Source: the human T2T-CHM13v2.0 reference genome, Homo sapiens
Assembly: GCF_009914755.1 (NCBI RefSeq)
Contig: NC_060925.1
DNA length: 64,000 nucleotides
Reading direction: 5' to 3' (one strand)
Shown here: piece after piece, positions 59,651-64,000 of the stretch
Layout of the letters: every line of letters begins with the position of its first letter
Position numbering within the stretch: the stretch's first letter is position 1
Made by a program: the position numbers and the translations under genes
Notes under the pieces: model-generated
Databases searched by the model: none
What the model saw: the letters and a program-made list of their open reading frames with translations, nothing else
What the model was told of the DNA's origin: nothing

Positions 59651-60543
59651 TCACACTAAAACTACAACTCTTCCTGTTAGGAACACCTAAAAATGCTTGA
59701 TAAATATAATTAGAAAAGTTTATACTGCAGAGTTGAGTTTAAAGGAAGAAAAGGGAATTCTTAGGTGCCAGAAACAAAGTGGGGACTGAAAGTTTTGGTG
59801 GCTAATGGCATTAATATTTTCTACAGTGCCATGATTAATAAATTTGAACTTTTATTGATTGTTACTAGAGTGACCTTAAAATCATTAACTCAAAACCAAA
59901 AATTATCTAAAGTCTTCTCAAGAAATAATTTATGCACCATGTAGACTTTTTTTTTTTTAAACTGTTTTTGGATTATGGACTGCTTGAATAATCTGATGAG
60001 AAAGAAATTAAGCTCTCTCCTCAAAAAGTTTTCATATGCAGAAATTTTGCATGTGTTTTAACTGTGGCATTATGACTGCCCTAAACTCCCCCATGATCAT
60101 GGATATGTCTGAAATCATACCTTAAGAACTTGATTCACAGTGTTATTTATTGATAACAACAACATTAATTTTAGGGAAAATAACTTTCATTTACTAGTTC
60201 TAAAATAGATTGTAAAATTTTTACTTGATATTAGTTTGCTTCCTAAGCATTAAAACTGACATTACCAAGTACCTTTTTTCCCTTAGCGCTCCAACCAGTT
60301 CCTGACATACAGTGTCTGCTCAACAACTATTTGATAAATTAATGAATTCTAGAATATCAAATAAGTACCCATAAACTATTTTTTTCTGATTGTGAAGCTG
60401 AAATTTTCTTTATTTGAGTGAGACTGATATTTGACATCAGGGCTCTGACTATAGGCATCTTAATGTGTGTTATTTTATTGTTATATTTGAATGTAAATTC
60501 AAAAAAAGAATAAAAATTCAAACTGATATTTTTATATTTTAAG

Positions 60544-60627
60544 GTAAATGAACATTTGAAAGACATAATGGAACAAGAACAAAAACTGAAAGAACATCAC
60601 ACAGTTGAAGCTCCAGGAGGTCAAAAG
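60544..60627 (+). CDS. CAMSAP2: CAMSAP2 internal coding exon (probably exon 4)
   Basis: ttttatattttaag|GTA AAT GAA ... CAA AAG|gtattt. Translates VNEHLKDIMEQEQKLKEHHTVEAPGGQK. 84 nt, phase 0-0, continues WINK-VNE. Confidence 0.92.
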
Positions 60628-60997
60628 GTATTTATTTCAAAAACAAAAAGGTGCCTTTATGAGACTGTATATATGTTCACATATTTGTATTATTTTGGGA
60701 AATGTTAATTGTGTTTATTAAATTATTTTTTAGTGGTGTTAACTGTACCCTAGAAAGCCATACTGTAAACACTAAGTAAATAGAAGTACAAAATGAAGGT
60801 TAATTGGATGATGGTGTTTGTAAAAAAATATATTAATGACTAGAACTCAAGTTCTGAGGTTCTTTTGTCAAAAATAACAGTTTGCCTTTCTTTGGTAAAA
60901 TGTGTAAAACAACAAGGAAACAATTTTAAATGTTCAGGCTTTATAATGACATGCAATGCAGCAAGACCAACATTTAAAACAAAATTCCCAGAATTTC

Positions 60998-61593
<596 letters not shown>

Positions 61594-61594
<1 letters not shown>

Positions 61595-62265
61595 TATATA
61601 TATATATGTATATATATACACACACATATATACGCACACACATACACATGTGTATATGTGTGTATATGTACACGCACACATATATGTGTATATATACACA
61701 CGCGTGTATATATGTGTGTACACACACACGCGTGTATATATGTGTGTACACACACACGCGTGTATATATGTGTGTACACACACACGCGTGTGTATGTGTG
61801 TACACACACACGCGTGTGTATGTGTGTACACACACACGCGTGTGTATGTGTGTACACACACACGCGTGTGTATGTGTGTACACACACACGCGTGTGTATG
61901 TGTGTACACACACACGCGTGTGTATGTGTGTACACACACACGCGTGTGTATGTGTGTACACACACACGCGTATATGTGTATATATCTACACATATATACA
62001 TATATGTGTACCCACATACACACGTATATATGTGTATACCCACATACACACGTGTATGTGTATACACACACGTATATATGTGTATACACACACACGTATA
62101 TATGTATACACACACGTGTGTGTATATACACGTATATATGTGTATATATACACATACACACATACACACACGTGTGTGTATATACACACACATATAAGTG
62201 TGTGTGTATACACACATACACACATATGTGTGTGTGTATACACACATACACACATATATATATAT
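61594..62265. repeat. Alternating purine-pyrimidine repeat with a 26/28-bp minisatellite core
   Basis: CGCG at 61701, 61729, 61757, 61785, then every 26 bp to 61967; unit TATGTGTGTACACACACACGCGTGTG. Confidence 0.97.
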
Positions 62266-64000
62266 TTTCCCAGAATTCCAAAATGTACAGTATGGTTGTT
62301 CTGTGAAGAAAGAAGAAACATTAACATGGATTTATTCTTTTAAAAATCTCAAACAGACTTTTAGAATTTTCTTCTCTGAAAATTTAGTTGTGTGTTTGTC
62401 ATATGCTAAGACCAAAAGCATATTTTCTATGATATAGTATATCTTACGTCTTTTAAAATGTATTGTAATTGGAACCCTTTAAACATGTTGTATAGTATTA
62501 GAATTGAGGTATAAGAAATTGTAATCATTCAGAAACTTTAATCTCCATTTGGTTTAAAGTTTCTTCATTATTACACAGTACTTCTATTATTTTGAGCTTA
62601 TTCTTATTCCACTATTCACTGATCTCTCCATAAAAAGAGAAAGAAGGGAAAAAGGAAGGAAAAGCGAAGCTGTTCTGTCTCTTATCAACTTCAATAGAAA
62701 AATCTTGTGGAGGACCACGTACAATTTTGTCTGATTTTGATGTTTTGGGATCACAATGCTTTCCCCCATTTGGTTAACTGACTGGCTCCTGAAAATACGA
62801 TTTGTGCTTAATCCTTCATTCTAACTCTGTTGAGGTCCTTTACCCTAAAGGTAGATTGGAATGGAATTCTCCTTTTTCCCCATCACCCCAGATTATGTTT
62901 CATTTCCCTGCTTCCAGCCAATTTCTGTCCTTGCCTCTTCCCTGTTACGTCCCACAGTCTTTTCTTGTCAGCTTCCTTCCCTTTCTCTTTTTCATAATCA
63001 TAGGAGCTGAAACTTTTGCCTTGGAGATATGTGTAATCCTGCCCCTCAATTTTGCTCCTGGCTTTTTATCAGTAATAAGGTTGAAGTGGCATCATTCTAA
63101 ATTATAACACTAATGAAATTTCTCTATAGAAATCTTGTGTATTATATATAATGGTTAAATTCTGTAGTATTGCATACACATTATGAACCAAATGGGGATT
63201 TTATATGATGACAGAGGGCCCAAGAAACATTTTTTTAATGAAAAAAATGCCATTTGTATTTCAAACAATCAAATAAAGTGATCTTGAAGAAAAACTGTAT
63301 GGAATCTAGACATTGTTGTATTACATGGCTTTTACTTTTTCACAGCACTTAGCTCCATGCAGTTGCACGTATTAACTGTACAACTAGTATTTGGTGAATG
63401 GGTGACTGAGTGAATAAAGAAATGATTGTGCAATTCATTTTTAAATATTTGATTAGTATACACTTGTAGTTTAGCACATACATAGCATTTACCCCTTCAT
63501 TTTCAAATGAATTTTATCCTTTTCCCCCCATTGTTTTTGAAAATTGAATCTTTGTGAAAATAAGGGTTAATTTAACATAATCTTACTGTAGGTTCAGGTG
63601 TTGTCATTATGAAGAAACACACAATCACAGAATAAACTAGGGAAAGGAATCTTGGTCTGTTACCTAACAATGGGATTTTTGGCATTTGAACTGTGTACTT
63701 GGTTTGACTGGAAATATTATCATTCCATTCTTGGTTTTTAATTCTGTAAAAGCAAAATTCATGCTCCTTTTCTTCTTTTACAAATGAGAGAGAAAATGAC
63801 TTGCTCTTTTTATTGCTATACAGTTGGTAAGAAGTTGCCACTCTTTCCATCTACTTCAGTCAGCTTTTCTAGTGAGGCGTACTCAGGAGCCTAGCCCTGT
63901 TGCCTATTGCTTGTCCAGCTATAGACAGAGCCCGTGGTATTGAATAATAACATATCTTACCTTTTGTCCTTGCCCAACTACTCTTAACTCAGATGTCCAG

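Noticed and set aside
61701-61970. Regularly spaced palindromic repeats that superficially resemble a CRISPR array
   Set aside because: No unique spacers, eukaryotic intron context and no cas genes; it is a minisatellite.

Overview
Primate (human-like) genomic DNA from inside a large + strand gene, recognised from its exon translations as CAMSAP2 (microtubule minus-end binding protein). Three internal coding exons join in frame through canonical AG/GT boundaries: 5857-6116 (260 nt), 52363-52524 (162 nt) and 60544-60627 (84 nt), probably exons 2-4. The introns between them are about 46.2 kb and 8.0 kb. The rest is intron rich in repeats: about 38 Alu copies, several L1s, a 5'-truncated Tigger1, LTRs, MER5A, L2/MIR relics and a 670-bp purine/pyrimidine-alternating tandem repeat. 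Almost all listed ORFs are Alu, L1, Tigger or simple-repeat artefacts. I see no convincing new multi-gene system. The most notable features are an inverted duplication extending into unique flank (20.4k/21.8k), a young/old chimeric L1, an arm-swapped Alu, a pre-miRNA-sized hairpin at 47.0k, an exon that regenerates a donor site when spliced, candidate recursive and poison splice sites, and a Z-DNA-prone palindromic minisatellite. Repeat subfamily names come from recalled consensus motifs, and repeat boundaries are approximate.
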